This document shows positions 15,001 through 26,714 of a DNA stretch of 37,651 nt, one piece after another. A model generated the notes under the pieces. The model saw nothing but the letters and a program-made list of their open reading frames with translations, ran no database searches and was not told where the DNA came from. Within the stretch, counting starts at the first letter, position 1. The number at the start of each line of letters is the position of its first letter. The stretch covers positions 1 through 37,651 of the forward strand of contig JAUCBJ010002728.1 of assembly GCA_032718475.1 (NCBI GenBank). Direction: 5' to 3'. This stretch comes from Nemertoderma westbladi (Eukaryota > Animalia > Xenacoelomorpha). Both the position numbers and the translations under genes were made by a program.

Positions 15001-18000
15001 CAGACGCGTAGTTCTTCTCTACTGCAGTAAATTGGTTACTTACATTACAGACGCGTAGTTCTTCTCTACTGCAGTAAATTGGTTACTTACATTACAGACG
15101 CGTAGTTCTTCTCTACTGCAGTAAATTGGTTACTTACATTACAGACGCGTAGTTCTTCTCTACTGCAGTAAATTGGTTACTTACATTACAGACGCGTAGT
15201 TCTTCTCTACTGCAGTAAATTGGTTACTTACATTACAGACGCGTAGTTCTTCTCTACTGCAGTAAATTGGTTACTTACATTACAGACGCGTAGTTCTTCT
15301 CTACTGCAGTAAATTGGTTACTTACATTACAGACGCGTAGTTCTTCTCTACTGCAGTAAATTGGTTACTTACATTACAGACGCGTAGTTCTTCTCTACTG
15401 CAGTAAATTGGTTACTTACATTACAGACGCGTAGTTCTTCTCTACTGCAGTAAATTGGTTACTTACATTACAGACGCGTAGTTCTTCTCTACTGCAGTAA
15501 ATTGGTTACTTACATTACAGACGCGTAGTTCTTCTCTACTGTAGTAAATTGGTTACTTACATTACAGACGCGTAGTTCTTCTCTACTGCAGTAAATTGGT
15601 TACTTACATTACAGACGCGTAGTTCTTCTCTACTGCAGTAAATTGGTTACTTACATTACAGACGCGTAGTTCTTCTCTACTGCAGTAAATTGGTTACTTA
15701 CATTACAGACGCGTAGTTCTTCTCTACTGCAGTAAATTGGTTACTTACATTACAGACGCGTAGTTCTTCTCTACTGCAGTAAATTGGTTACTTACATTAC
15801 AGACGCGTAGTTCTTCTCTACTGCAGTAAATTGGTTACTTACATTACAGACGCGTAGTTCTTCTCTACTGCAGTAAATTGGTTACTTACATTACAGACGC
15901 GTAGTTCTTCTCTACTGCAGTAAATTGGTTACTTACATTACAGACGCGTAGTTCTTCTCTACTGCAGTAAATTGGTTACTTACATTACAGACGCGTAGTT
16001 CTTCTCTACTGCAGTAAATTGGTTACTTACATTACAGACGCGTAGTTCTTCTCTACTGCAGTAAATTGGTTACTTACATTACAGACGCGTAGTTCTTCTC
16101 TACTGCAGTAAATTGGTTACTTACATTACAGACGCGTAGTTCTTCTCTACTGCAGTAAATTGGTTACTTACATTACAGACGCGTAGTTCTTCTCTACTGC
16201 AGTAAATTGGTTACTTACATTACAGACGCGTAGTTCTTCTCTACTGCAGTAAATTGGTTACTTACATTACAGACGCGTAGTTCTTCTCTACTGCAGTAAA
16301 TTGGTTACTTACATTACAGACGCGTAGTTCTTCTCTACTGCAGTAAATTGGTTACTTACATTACAGACGCGTAGTTCTTCTCTACTGCAGTAAATTGGTT
16401 ACTTACATTACAGACGCGTAGTTCTTCTCTACTGCAGTAAATTGGTTACTTACATTACAGACGCGTAGTTCTTCTCTACTGCAGTAAATTGGTTACTTAC
16501 ATTACAGACGCGTAGTTCTTCTCTACTGCAGTAAATTGGTTACTTACATTACAGACGCGTAGTTCTTCTCTACTGCAGTAAATTGGTTACTTACATTACA
16601 GACGCGTAGTTCTTCTCTACTGCAGTAAATTGGTTACTTACATTACAGACGCGTAGTTCTTCTCTACTGCAGTAAATTGGTTACTTACATTACAGACGCG
16701 TAGTTCTTCTCTACTGCAGTAAATTGGTTACTTACATTACAGACGCGTAGTTCTTCTCTACTGCAGTAAATTGGTTACTTACATTACAGACGCGTAGTTC
16801 TTCTCTACTGCAGTAAATTGGTTACTTACATTACAGACGCGTAGTTCTTCTCTACTGCAGTAAATTGGTTACTTACATTACAGACGCGTAGTTCTTCTCT
16901 ACTGCAGTAAATTGGTTACTTACATTACAGACGCGTAGTTCTTCTCTACTGCAGTAAATTGGTTACTTACATTACAGACGCGTAGTTCTTCTCTACTGCA
17001 GTAAATTGGTTACTTACATTACAGACGCGTAGTTCTTCTCTACTGCAGTAAATTGGTTACTTACATTACAGACGCGTAGTTCTTCTCTACTGCAGTAAAT
17101 TGGTTACTTACATTACAGACGCGTAGTTCTTCTCTACTGCAGTAAATTGGTTACTTACATTACAGACGCGTAGTTCTTCTCTACTGCAGTAAATTGGTTA
17201 CTTACATTACAGACGCGTAGTTCTTCTCTACTGCAGTAAATTGGTTACTTACATTACAGACGCGTAGTTCTTCTCTACTGCAGTAAATTGGTTACTTACA
17301 TTACAGACGCGTAGTTCTTCTCTACTGCAGTAAATTGGTTACTTACATTACAGACGCGTAGTTCTTCTCTACTGCAGTAAATTGGTTACTTACATTACAG
17401 ACGCGTAGTTCTTCTCTACTGCAGTAAATTGGTTACTTACATTACAGACGCGTAGTTCTTCTCTACTGCAGTAAATTGGTTACTTACATTACAGACGCGT
17501 AGTTCTTCTCTACTGCAGTAAATTGGTTACTTACATTACAGACGCGTAGTTCTTCTCTACTGCAGTAAATTGGTTACTTACATTACAGACGCGTAGTTCT
17601 TCTCTACTGCAGTAAATTGGTTACTTACATTACAGACGCGTAGTTCTTCTCTACTGCAGTAAATTGGTTACTTACATTACAGACGCGTAGTTCTTCTCTA
17701 CTGCAGTAAATTGGTTACTTACATTACAGACGCGTAGTTCTTCTCTACTGCAGTAAATTGGTTACTTACATTACAGACGCGTAGTTCTTCTCTACTGCAG
17801 TAAATTGGTTACTTACATTACAGACGCGTAGTTCTTCTCTACTGCAGTAAATTGGTTACTTACATTACAGACGCGTAGTTCTTCTCTACTGCAGTAAATT
17901 GGTTACTTACATTACAGACGCGTAGTTCTTCTCTACTGCAGTAAATTGGTTACTTACATTACAGACGCGTAGTTCTTCTCTAGTGTAGTAAATTGGTTAC

Positions 18001-20263
18001 TTACATTACAGACGCGTAGTTCTTCTCTACTGCAGTAAATTGGTTACTTACATTACAGACGCGTAGTTCTTCTCTAGTTTAGTAAATTGGTTACTTACAT
18101 TACAGACGCGTAGTTCTTCTCTACTGCAGTAAATTGGTTACTTACATTACAGACGCGTAGTTCTTCTCTAGTGTAGTAAATTGGTTACTTACATTACAGA
18201 CGCGTAGTTCTTCTCTACTGCAGTAAATTGGTTACTTACATTACAGACGCGTAGTTCTTCTCTAGTGTAGTAAATTGGTTACTTACATTACAGACGCGTA
18301 GTTCTTCTCTACTGCAGTAAATTGGTTACTTACATTACAGACGCGTAGTTCTTCTCTACTGCAGTAAATTGGTTACTTACATTACAGACGCGTAGTTCTT
18401 CTCTACTGCAGTAAATTGGTTACTTACATTACAGACGCGTAGTTCTTCTCTACTGCAGTAAATTGGTTACTTACATTACAGACGCGTAGTTCTTCTCTAG
18501 TGTAGTAAATTGGTTACTTACATTACAGACGCGTAGTTCTTCTCTACTGCAGTAAATTGGTTACTTACATTACAGACGCGTAGTTCTTCTCTACTGCAGT
18601 AAATTGGTTACTTACATTACAGACGCGTAGTTCTTCTCTACTGCAGTAAATTGGTTACTTACATTACAGACGCGTAGTTCTTCTCTACTGTAGTAAATTG
18701 GTTACTTACATTACAGACGCGTAGTTCTTCTCTACTGCAGTAAATTGGTTACTTACATTACAGACGCGTAGTTCTTCTCTACTGCAGTAAATTGGTTACT
18801 TACATTACAGACGCGTAGTTCTTCTCTACTGCAGTAAATTGGTTACTTACATTACAGACGCGTAGTTCTTCTCTACTGCAGTAAATTGGTTACTTACATT
18901 ACAGACGCGTAGTTCTTCTCTACTGCAGTAAATTGGTTACTTACATTACAGACGCGTAGTTCTTCTCTACTGCAGTAAATTGGTTACTTACATTACAGAC
19001 GCGTAGTTCTTCTCTACTGCAGTAAATTGGTTACTTACATTACAGACGCGTAGTTCTTCTCTACTGTAGTAAATTGGTTACTTACATTACAGACGCGTAG
19101 TTCTTCTCTACTGCAGTAAATTGGTTACTTACATTACAGACGCGTAGTTCTTCTCTACTGCAGTAAATTGGTTACTTACATTACAGACGCGTAGTTCTTC
19201 TCTACTGCAGTAAATTGGTTACTTACATTACAGACGCGTAGTTCTTCTCTACTGCAGTAAATTGGTTACTTACATTACAGACGCGTAGTTCTTCTCTACT
19301 GCAGTAAATTGGTTACTTACATTACAGACGCGTAGTTCTTCTCTACTGTAGTAAATTGGTTACTTACATTACAGACGCGTAGTTCTTCTCTACTGCAGTA
19401 AATTGGTTACTTACATTACAGACGCGTAGTTCTTCTCTAGTGTAGTAAATTGGTTACTTACATTACAGACGCGTAGTTCTTCTCTACTGCAGTAAATTGG
19501 TTACTTACATTACAGACGCGTAGTTCTTCTCTAGTGTAGTAAATTGGTTACTTACATTACAGACGCGTAGTTCTTCTCTAGTGTAGTAAATTGGTTACTT
19601 ACATTACAGACGCGTAGTTCTTCTCTAGTGTAGTAAATTGGTTACTTACATTACAGACGCGTAGTTCTTCTCTACTGTAGTAAATTGGTTACTTACATTA
19701 CAGACGCGTAGTTCTTCTCTACTGCAGTAAATTGGTTACTTACATTACAGACGCGTAGTTCACAGGAGTGCAGTAAATTGGTTACTTACATTACAGACGC
19801 GTAGTTCACAGGAGTGCAGTAAATTGGTTACTTACATTACAGACGCGTAGTTCACAGGAGTGTAGTAAATTGTTGGTTCCTTACATTACAGACGCGTAGT
19901 TCACAGGAGTCCAGTAAATTGGTTACTTACATTACAGACGCGTAGTTCACAGGTGTGCAGTAAATTGGTTACTTACATTACAGACGCGTAGTTCACAGGA
20001 GTGCAGTAAATTGGTTACTTACATTACAGACGCGTAGTTCACAGGAGTGTAGTAAATTGTTGGTTCCTTACATTACAAACGGGTAGTTCACAGGAGTGCA
20101 GTAAATTGGTTACTTACATTACAAACGCGTAGTTCACAGGAGTGTAGTAAATTGGTTACTTACATTACAGACGCGTAGTTCACAGGAGTGCAGTAAATTT
20201 GTTACTTACATTACAGACGCGTAGTTCACAGGAGTGTAGTAAATTGGTTCCTTACATTACAGA
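1..20263. repeat. 47-bp tandem satellite array (~430 copies), consensus TACAGACGCGTAGTTCTTCTCTACTGCAGTAAATTGGTTACTTACAT; runs off the left edge of the window
   Basis: 47-bp periodicity read directly from base 1 to ...CTTACATTACAGA at 20263. Variant units of 46-50 bp differ almost only between TAGTT and AGTAAATT. Confidence 0.99.
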
Positions 20264-20622
20264 ATTAATCTTTTAGTGCTATTTCCTATGCATATTATAT
20301 ATCATTTAATTGGGTTAACATTTATTAAGATATATTCATATGGATTGTTTTGTTATTTATCATTAGGGGTACTTACATTATTGAATTGTCTACGTTATTA
20401 TAATTATTGTTATTATATTTAGTATTCTTAGTAAGAAAAACGTTTCTCAAAAACAAACCCTTTTAAGCCGCCAGGAAGGGCATATGGTGTTTCTATACCA
20501 GAAACATCGACAGAGAACACACTTCTGTACTCCATTGTGACTTACTGTTTTTTTTAAAGAGCTTACCTCTCATATCAAGAAGAAAATAGTTTGAATTTGT
20601 AAATTGTTACTTTTTTGTTCGA

Positions 20623-21180
20623 TTATACCCCAAAATCGGTTGAAAAGGGGGTATTTCTTTCCCTATAGGAAAAAAGTAACTGTAACAAGTAATTGCATTG
20701 ATTTTACTTTTTTTTCCCGGCGAAAAGGTAATATAAGAAAATGTAAAAAAAACATTTCTTAAATTTTATTACATGTGTTGAAGAGCATTGACGTAGAAAA
20801 GGTTTGCGCGTCATTTGAGCGTGTAAAATGTATTGTGGGGCGAGCCACGAAGTGAACGAAGCTTTAGAATAGGGGTACCATTAACGAGTTGTCTGTCAAA
20901 GGTATAGAAAGATTCTGAAGTTTGGTCAAATATCAGTAAGTCTGTCTGTCGGTGCCGCTAGATTCAGAATTTTGATAAAAAAAAAACGAAATAAGTCGGT
21001 CAATCATTGATGAAATTAAATCAAACTTGGTACGTATGCCGTCATAATAATAATAAATTATAAATATAATTAAATTTCATAATGACTTTAATAACTAAGA
21101 ATAATGACCTTTGAATTTTGATTTTGAAACCAAATGACTAAGTCAGTTCCTCTGTCACCCCCATATGGCGGGGTATTGTA
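20623..21180 (+). mobile_element. Possible non-autonomous Helentron/DINE-1 (HINE)-like element
   Basis: TTATACCCC at 20623 has a nearby inverted partner (AAGGGGGTAT, 20645-20654). Internal GTCTGTCTGTC and AAACTTGGTAC motifs are present, and a 3' hairpin ends in GGGGTAT (21157-21176). The layout resembles DINE-1-type elements; boundaries are uncertain. Confidence 0.35.
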
Positions 21181-21194
21181 AATAAACACAAGTA

Positions 21195-21544
21195 CTCCGA
21201 TTACAGCTTCTCAGGCTCATTGTGTCTTAAGTACAATGAACACATCTCATATCAGACTCTATACAACATTGTAGGTGTTTCATTAGTCTCCCCTAACTTG
21301 AGACTTGAATGCAACCGCCTCCGCTTTGCAGGATATTGCTTTCTCCTCTTGTGCTTTGGCGGCTTCATGAACAAATAAGCATGGTGGACAGCACATGACT
21401 TTCTTGAGACGCATCTTAAAGGACACTGGCCTTGAAGATGCGGATGATCTAGCAAATGTCATGGGTGATAGGGAGTTGTGGCGGCGCAATTTTGTCGTCA
21501 AGCCGGCGCAGCATTCTTAATATATATGTAATATATATATATAA
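21195..21544 (+). pseudogene. Degenerate 3' end of an RTE-like non-LTR retrotransposon RT ORF with a (TA)n tail
   Basis: Frameshifted + strand translation gives KYNEHISYQTLYN, RLRFAGYC, LVLW and TFLRRILKDTGLEDADDLANVMGDRELWRR...*. These match the C-terminal motifs of RTE-clade proteins (H.TN..LY; RRL.FAGH; DTGL...M.DR..WR). A TATATA run follows at 21519-21544. Confidence 0.75.
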
Positions 21545-21649
21545 TGCAACTGCAATGCAACATGCATGACATGGTAGTATTAGTAGTTATCAGATTAACT
21601 GAGTGCTGCGCGAAGGCCTATCGAACGTGTTACTTTAGTATCTGCAAGA

Positions 21650-21758
21650 CAGTATCCGGACAATTCGTACCCGGACAATTCGTACCGGGCAATTCGTACA
21701 CGGATAATTTTACCCGAAATTTTTTTTGGACGGGTAGGTACGAATTGTCCGGATACTG
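21650..21758. mobile_element. Tiny MITE-like element with 22-bp terminal inverted repeats and internal 15-bp tandem repeats
   Basis: CAGTATCCGGACAATTCGTACC ... GGTACGAATTGTCCGGATACTG, with about 4 copies of CCGGACAATTCGTAC on the left arm. Confidence 0.75.
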
Positions 21759-21787
21759 ACTAGTGAGAGTACACTACTGTATATTGA

Positions 21788-22005
21788 TTTTTATACTAAC
21801 TAGTTTTTGCTAATTTTTTATAAATGTTACAGAACACGTGTTAGCTATCAATTTTGATGAATATATTTGTTCTAGAACACATTTTTTCGTTCTAGAACAC
21901 ATTTTTTATTTTTTATACGAGCTAGTTTTTTCTACTTTTTTTATAAATGTTATAGAACACGTGTTAGTTATCAATTTTGATAAATATTTTTGTTCTAGAA
22001 CACAT
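21788..22005. repeat. Diverged ~120-bp direct duplication rich in TTCTAGAACA motifs
   Basis: TTTTATAC..CTAGTTTTT..TTTTTATAAATGTTA.AGAACACGTGTTAG.TATCAATTTTGAT.AATAT.TTTGTTCTAGAACACA occurs at about 21790 and 21910. Confidence 0.8.
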
Positions 22006-22027
22006 ATTTTCTAGAACATTTTTTGGA

Positions 22028-22217
22028 AAAAATACCATCCTACTGTTAGGTCAAATATATGTTCTAGAAAAAAACCTACATTATCTGTATCCGGACAATT
22101 CGTACCCGGACAATTCGTACCCATCATAAAAAATTTAGGGACGAATTGTCCGGATACAGATAATGTAGGTTTTTTTCTAGATCAAATATGCCCCTCTAAC
22201 AGTAGGATGGTATTTTT
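22028..22217. repeat. ~190-bp foldback palindrome whose core is a second copy of the CCGGACAATTCGTAC element
   Basis: Outer arms AAAAATACCATCCTACTGTTAG / CTAACAGTAGGATGGTATTTTT. Inner arm TCTAGAAAAAAACCTACATTATCTGTATCCGGACAATTCGT is matched by its reverse complement. Confidence 0.85.
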
Positions 22218-22361
22218 CTTTATTCTATTTAATAAATACACCATATTCTAGAACATTTTGTTATGTTCTACTTATTGTTACAACTTATGAGATAACAAAA
22301 TGTTCCAGAATATTGCGACTTATAAAATATATTATATTACCTGCTGCGGAAATAAATACAT

Positions 22362-22751
22362 TAGTGTTTAAACGGGATCAGACTTTTCGGGATTTCCGGG
22401 ATCGGGACCGGGATTATCAATCTCGGAATCCCGTTATACGGGATCGGGATTGCAATATTTGATATAATTTTATATATATTTGATTAAATTCCTTAGAGTT
22501 ATTAGCATGTGGTGGGTTTTGGGTAACACTCACTTTATCTTACACTTAAAATTATTTTGCAATTGATTACAGGGTGGTTTACCTACGTAAAAATTCGATA
22601 TAATCAAAACACTTCCGTACTGCTGGAACTATTTATCAGATATTCAACAAATATACTTAACTATAGGCCTATATTCTTCTGGATCCCGTTCCAAAAATGT
22701 CGGGATCGAGACCGGGATTGCATTTTTTGCCGGTATCCCGTTTAAACACTT
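22362..22751. mobile_element. hAT-like MITE (~390 bp)
   Basis: 16-bp TIR AGTGTTTAAACGGGAT / ATCCCGTTTAAACACT, multiple subterminal CGGGAT motifs at both ends, and an imperfect 8-bp TSD (AAATACAT / TAATACAG). Confidence 0.7.
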
Positions 22752-23708
22752 TAATACAGGCAAATTTCGAATGCACATATCTCCGCTATTTCCCAACCAA
22801 ATTGAAATATTTCTACATATTTGAAATACTTTCATGACCAGCTTTCCATTGCTACAAACAAAATATAAGGTTGACGAATAACTGCAGTGTATCAGGTGCA
22901 ATCGAAGAGGTAATTATAAGAATGATCGCCTTTGACCTGAGGTCACCCAATTCCGTCAAGGTGAGCCGGCCTACACCTTTTCTGAAATATACCGTGGGCC
23001 CATTAGCTAGCTACTCTTATTTTGAATAATTCTGCACCCACTAGGTGTAGAATCATTGAACGTAGGGTTTCTATAATGAAGCATTAAGTATTATTATCAG
23101 AAGTTTGTTTTTCTCTAATTAATATAAGTAGAGTACTTACATCCAGTATGCTTGGATTTTAGCTGCCTTTAAAGCACCTCAGAACATGTTTCAAATTGAA
23201 TACAATTTAACAGGGCAGCATCATTTTTCAACAAACTGTCATTTTGTTATTAAGGTGAAGTCCGGGTTCACAGATAAACTTCGCGGTGATAACGTCAATC
23301 ACAGAATTCAGATGTTTGGTTACAGTTGTTCGAGGTTTTCAACTGTGACGGGATCCCCGAGTTGGCGAGGGAATCCCGACCGGGTTTTGTCTTGGTTTAA
23401 TACGCGTCACCACGTCCGCTTACTGTGACTGGGAGAACTGAAAGGCCGAAGGCCGGTATAATAAACTGAGTTCGGTGTTAATGCTGTAATGTTGTTAATC
23501 TCTGATAAGTATACAAGTACCGGTAGTATAGCACAATCAGCAACACAATGACAGCAGACGGGTGTAAACGTTTCGCCGACAACCGATAGCCTACTGCTAA
23601 TGCCGAGATTTCAGCCCATGACTATATTTCTCTTTCATTTATCGCCAGACCAATAATTACTACCAATTGGAGTAATGGGCATTACTTGGACCAGGTCACC
23701 CGAAAGTA

Positions 23709-24739
23709 TTTTTTTTTTTTTAACACTACACCCCTCTTCGGGGTAATAAAACTTTTATTTCTCAATAAAATTTAAATAAAACCGGTCCAAACTAGAAATG
23801 TACATATGAATGATAATAATATGCTAGAGAACAATGTGAGTTATGCTTTATGTATTTGTATTTATGGTACTTTTGTGGTTAGTGGCCCAATGAGGACAAC
23901 GATGGACATGATTTGCATTTGATTGCATGGTATCGATCTTGTGAGCTTTTGTGGCAGTATTTGCAGCAGCATTCAGGAGACAGTTCGTGGAATATAGTTT
24001 GGTTTGTACATATCTTGTGGTGGAATCCATGCACCGTCGTTCTTGCTATTATGTGTCGGTTCCGTTGGCCGGCAAGACGCCACGTATGGGAGGTGAAACC
24101 AGGACCGTCAGAGTAGCATTGTGCGGTGAAGTTTTCTTCTCTCTCCCTTCGGTGTTGGCAGTATAGCTCCCATGTTTCGGATGAGAACATATTTGCGTGT
24201 TCCTTATAAAGTTCTTGGGCGAATGTTTCGCATCCGACCATTTTGTGCACCATTGTTGCGGATGAGTTCTTGTGGAGTGATAATAGCCTCTTTAGAAATG
24301 CCGTTTTGATTTTGTCAAGTTCGATCAGGTTCCGTAGGGTGAAGAATACGCCTATCTCTAGAAATGCATAAGTAACTGCTGGTTTTATTTTCATGTTAAA
24401 TATTGCTATTCCAGTCTTTACAGATATCATGGGTAGATGTTGCAGGCATCCAATTACACCAAATGCTTTGCGTTTCTTGACATCTAGGTGCTTTGTGAAG
24501 CATAAAGTTGGTTGTAATATTACTCCAAGATACTTGTATTGGTTACATATCTCTACACTTTCGCCACCGTAAGTGAAACAATCTGTCTTTGCTAGTCTGC
24601 CCCCGCGACGAAATTTTATTATCTTGGTTTTAGTCATGTTAATAATCATTCCGTTTCTATTGCACCAACTGTATATAATATCAAGACCTGTTTGGATGTG
24701 TTCTCTATTTCTTGAGTAAATAACTAGGTCATCTGCGAT
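23709..24739 (-). mobile_element. 5'-truncated non-LTR retrotransposon (RTEX/L2-group-like) with 3' UTR, AATAAA and A-tract
   Basis: RT C-terminal ORF followed on the minus strand by an AT-rich UTR, AATAAAAG and an A13 run (T run 23709-23721). No TSD seen. Confidence 0.85.
23879..24739 (-). pseudogene. Reverse transcriptase C-terminal fragment (from the catalytic ADD motif through the thumb to a Cys/His-rich tail)
   Basis: In-frame extension upstream of the listed ORF reads IADDLVIYSR..IQTGLDIIYSWCNRNGMIINMTKTKIIKFRRGGRL..YKYLGV; the C-terminus is CCCKYCH...YHAIKC. The frame is uninterrupted but lacks the N-terminal two-thirds. Confidence 0.92.
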
Positions 24740-24843
24740 TTTAGCAGGCTAATTATGTCGTACATGTTTTTCTATATCAATTAAATTGTACAATAATTGG
24801 AAAAATAGACGAGATAATATGGGTATTTAAAAACAACGCAGGT

Positions 24844-25126
24844 ACGTCCTAAAGGAACTGTTAATATTTCCCGAAAGTGAATAATATTTGTCAGAGATTA
24901 TATATACTAAGATCAGTCGAATAATACAGTAGGCCTATCCCGCAATACGATTAGGCTTCCGAATCCAGTCTCCCGGGTATATCCAGCGGGTGAATGATCG
25001 CGCATAGACTGGTTTCGGCTAATGTAGTGTATCAAATATTTGTCGTAGGCTAAAGACTATCTATTATCTAGAAGACATCCTAATTTGGCAGGTTAAACTG
25101 CTAAAGGTCTGAAAGCGCGAACATAA
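24844..25126 (+). pseudogene. Truncated copy (3' domain only) of the structured telomerase-RNA-like ncRNA
   Basis: Identical to 31903-32185. It lacks the upstream helix and template domain present in copies A and B. Confidence 0.75.
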
Positions 25127-25629
25127 CCAAATACCGTATTGAACTAAGTGAAATATAGAGCAAATCAATGCATCGAAGGGAAAAAGGGCAAATAAACAGA
25201 TACAGTGAGCGGCCCTTGTTGACAGGTACCCTAGCGCAATCCCGTTTATTGTATCAGACCGGACATTTTGCCTTCATTTTTGCATGGTTTATTAAGTAAC
25301 AAAAGGGAAAAATGAGCAAAGAAAATATGGCAACAGTGTTCAGTAAAACTGGACGGACAGGGACACAGACGGTGACTCGGTTTGCTTCAGTCGACGATGG
25401 ATTAAAAGATTTATCATATCCATGCAGGAGATAACAACAATAAACTTTAATTTGACATAAATGTATAATTAAACTGTGGAGGCCTACCTGTTAATAAATT
25501 TCACTTATATTTGTAATAGTACATGATTAAAATGTTCAAATGAGCATCCATAAAATCCTTTCTTGCATACCGAACGCTGTTAATTTGACATAATATGTCA
25601 ACTTAACAGCGTGAACATGCGTTAAAAGT

Positions 25630-25673
25630 GACCTTTGCAAGCAATGATATATTTATCATTGCTTGCAAAGGTC
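25630..25673. repeat. Perfect 20-bp-arm palindrome in a probable non-autonomous DNA-transposon (Crypton-like) remnant; duplicate at 32689-32732
   Basis: GACCTTTGCAAGCAATGATA-tatt-TATCATTGCTTGCAAAGGTC. Nearby are CTCGCTTCGCTC and a third related arm CTTTGCACACAATGA at about 25775. The family call is from recollection only. Confidence 0.7.
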
Positions 25674-26478
25674 CCTTTTCAGCGTTAAAGACCCTTGTTT
25701 ATTCATGTAAACCTCCCTCGCTTCGCTCACTCAGTACATAAATAAACTCGGATCGTAAAGCTGCAAAGTGCTACTTTGCACACAATGATGTAAATAGTTA
25801 TATATTATTTAATTAACGACAGTTACTTAGACTTTATTTATTAACAATAATTAATTATTCAATTTATTTATATTATATTCTATCTATAATTCTGTAATTA
25901 ATCTTTTTTTTTTCGTTTTACATTTTACAGTACTTCAAACTCCTCCTTACGTACTGTACTGTACTGTACTCTTTGTATTTTCCGGTGACATATAACTATT
26001 TGGATGATTTATTTATTTTAATGATAGACACAGATTGAGTTTTTACTGAGATTTTAGTTTTATGATTTAATTAATGTGCCCCAAATTTTTATCATTGCCG
26101 GTCGCCTGGCCTGCGGTATATATTTTGTCTGTCTATCTTTAAGCCTAATGTGTTGATTGACATACATATTTCATCAATAAAATATCTATTCTAATCTTGA
26201 AGTGAGAGGGCTATTCGACACCTCCCGTTAAGGGTTAGAGTGGACTGTAGGAAGTTGAGTGAAAACCATTGAGAACCCGATGTGAACTGCCGGAACTAGT
26301 ATATTATATCATAATTATGAATACATCAATAGGAAGTAGATTATTAAGTGCACAGCTCACAAGGTTCAGAAATTCCAGTAATTACTAATTACAAATAAAA
26401 ATGCTGCTAAAAATATAAAAAATTTTACTGCTGTAAAAGTCAGGGGCATCGCACGCAGTGGGTGAAGATGCAAGAAGG

Positions 26479-26580
26479 TGAGGAAAGTGACGAATCAGTC
26501 CCATTTATTATAGCCAGACATTATGCAAATCGGGATCGGAACGTCTGAATGCTGATTGGCCATAGCTCGTCGCTGATTGG
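26479..26580 (-). promoter_or_regulatory. Candidate RNA Pol II promoter: 2x CCAAT, octamer, TATA, Inr
   Basis: Minus-strand order is CCAATCAG (26573-80), CCAATCAG (26552-59), ATTTGCAT (26523-30), TATAATAAAT (26503-12), then TCACTT/TCACCT at 26479-26490. Confidence 0.55.
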
Positions 26581-26714
26581 TCCAAGCTACTGGTTGGCAG
26601 CTACTACTTACTACGCTTCGATCCTATTGCAATTATGGGCTGGTGGGGGCTGAGGTCAATGAATAGAACGTATCGGCGTATCGGCGTTTGGCAAACCAAT
26701 TTGTTTGAAAAAGT

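Noticed and set aside
1-20263. CRISPR array (constant repeat plus variable slot)
   Set aside because: The slots are ~12-nt allelic variants of one sequence, not unique spacers; no cas genes; eukaryotic context.
1-20263. Splice signals on the minus strand (GTAAGT donor, TTTACTGCAG acceptor) or a spliced-leader array
   Set aside because: The implied intron is 22 nt, the acceptor is destroyed in many variants, and no Sm site or SL RNA structure is present.
1-20263. Satellite as direct product of the TR-like RNAs
   Set aside because: No terminally redundant 47-nt template in either copy, no G/C strand skew, and block duplications indicate recombination.
21252-23428. Short listed ORFs in this interval
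   Set aside because: They are antisense to the RTE remnant or run through MITE and other non-coding repeats; no recognisable domains.
23345-23460. GC hairpins (CGGGATCCCC..GGGAATCCCG; GGCCGAAGGCC) as an HDV-like ribozyme or Helitron end
   Set aside because: No P3/L3 or J4/2 arrangement and no CTRR terminus; probably a transposon remnant.
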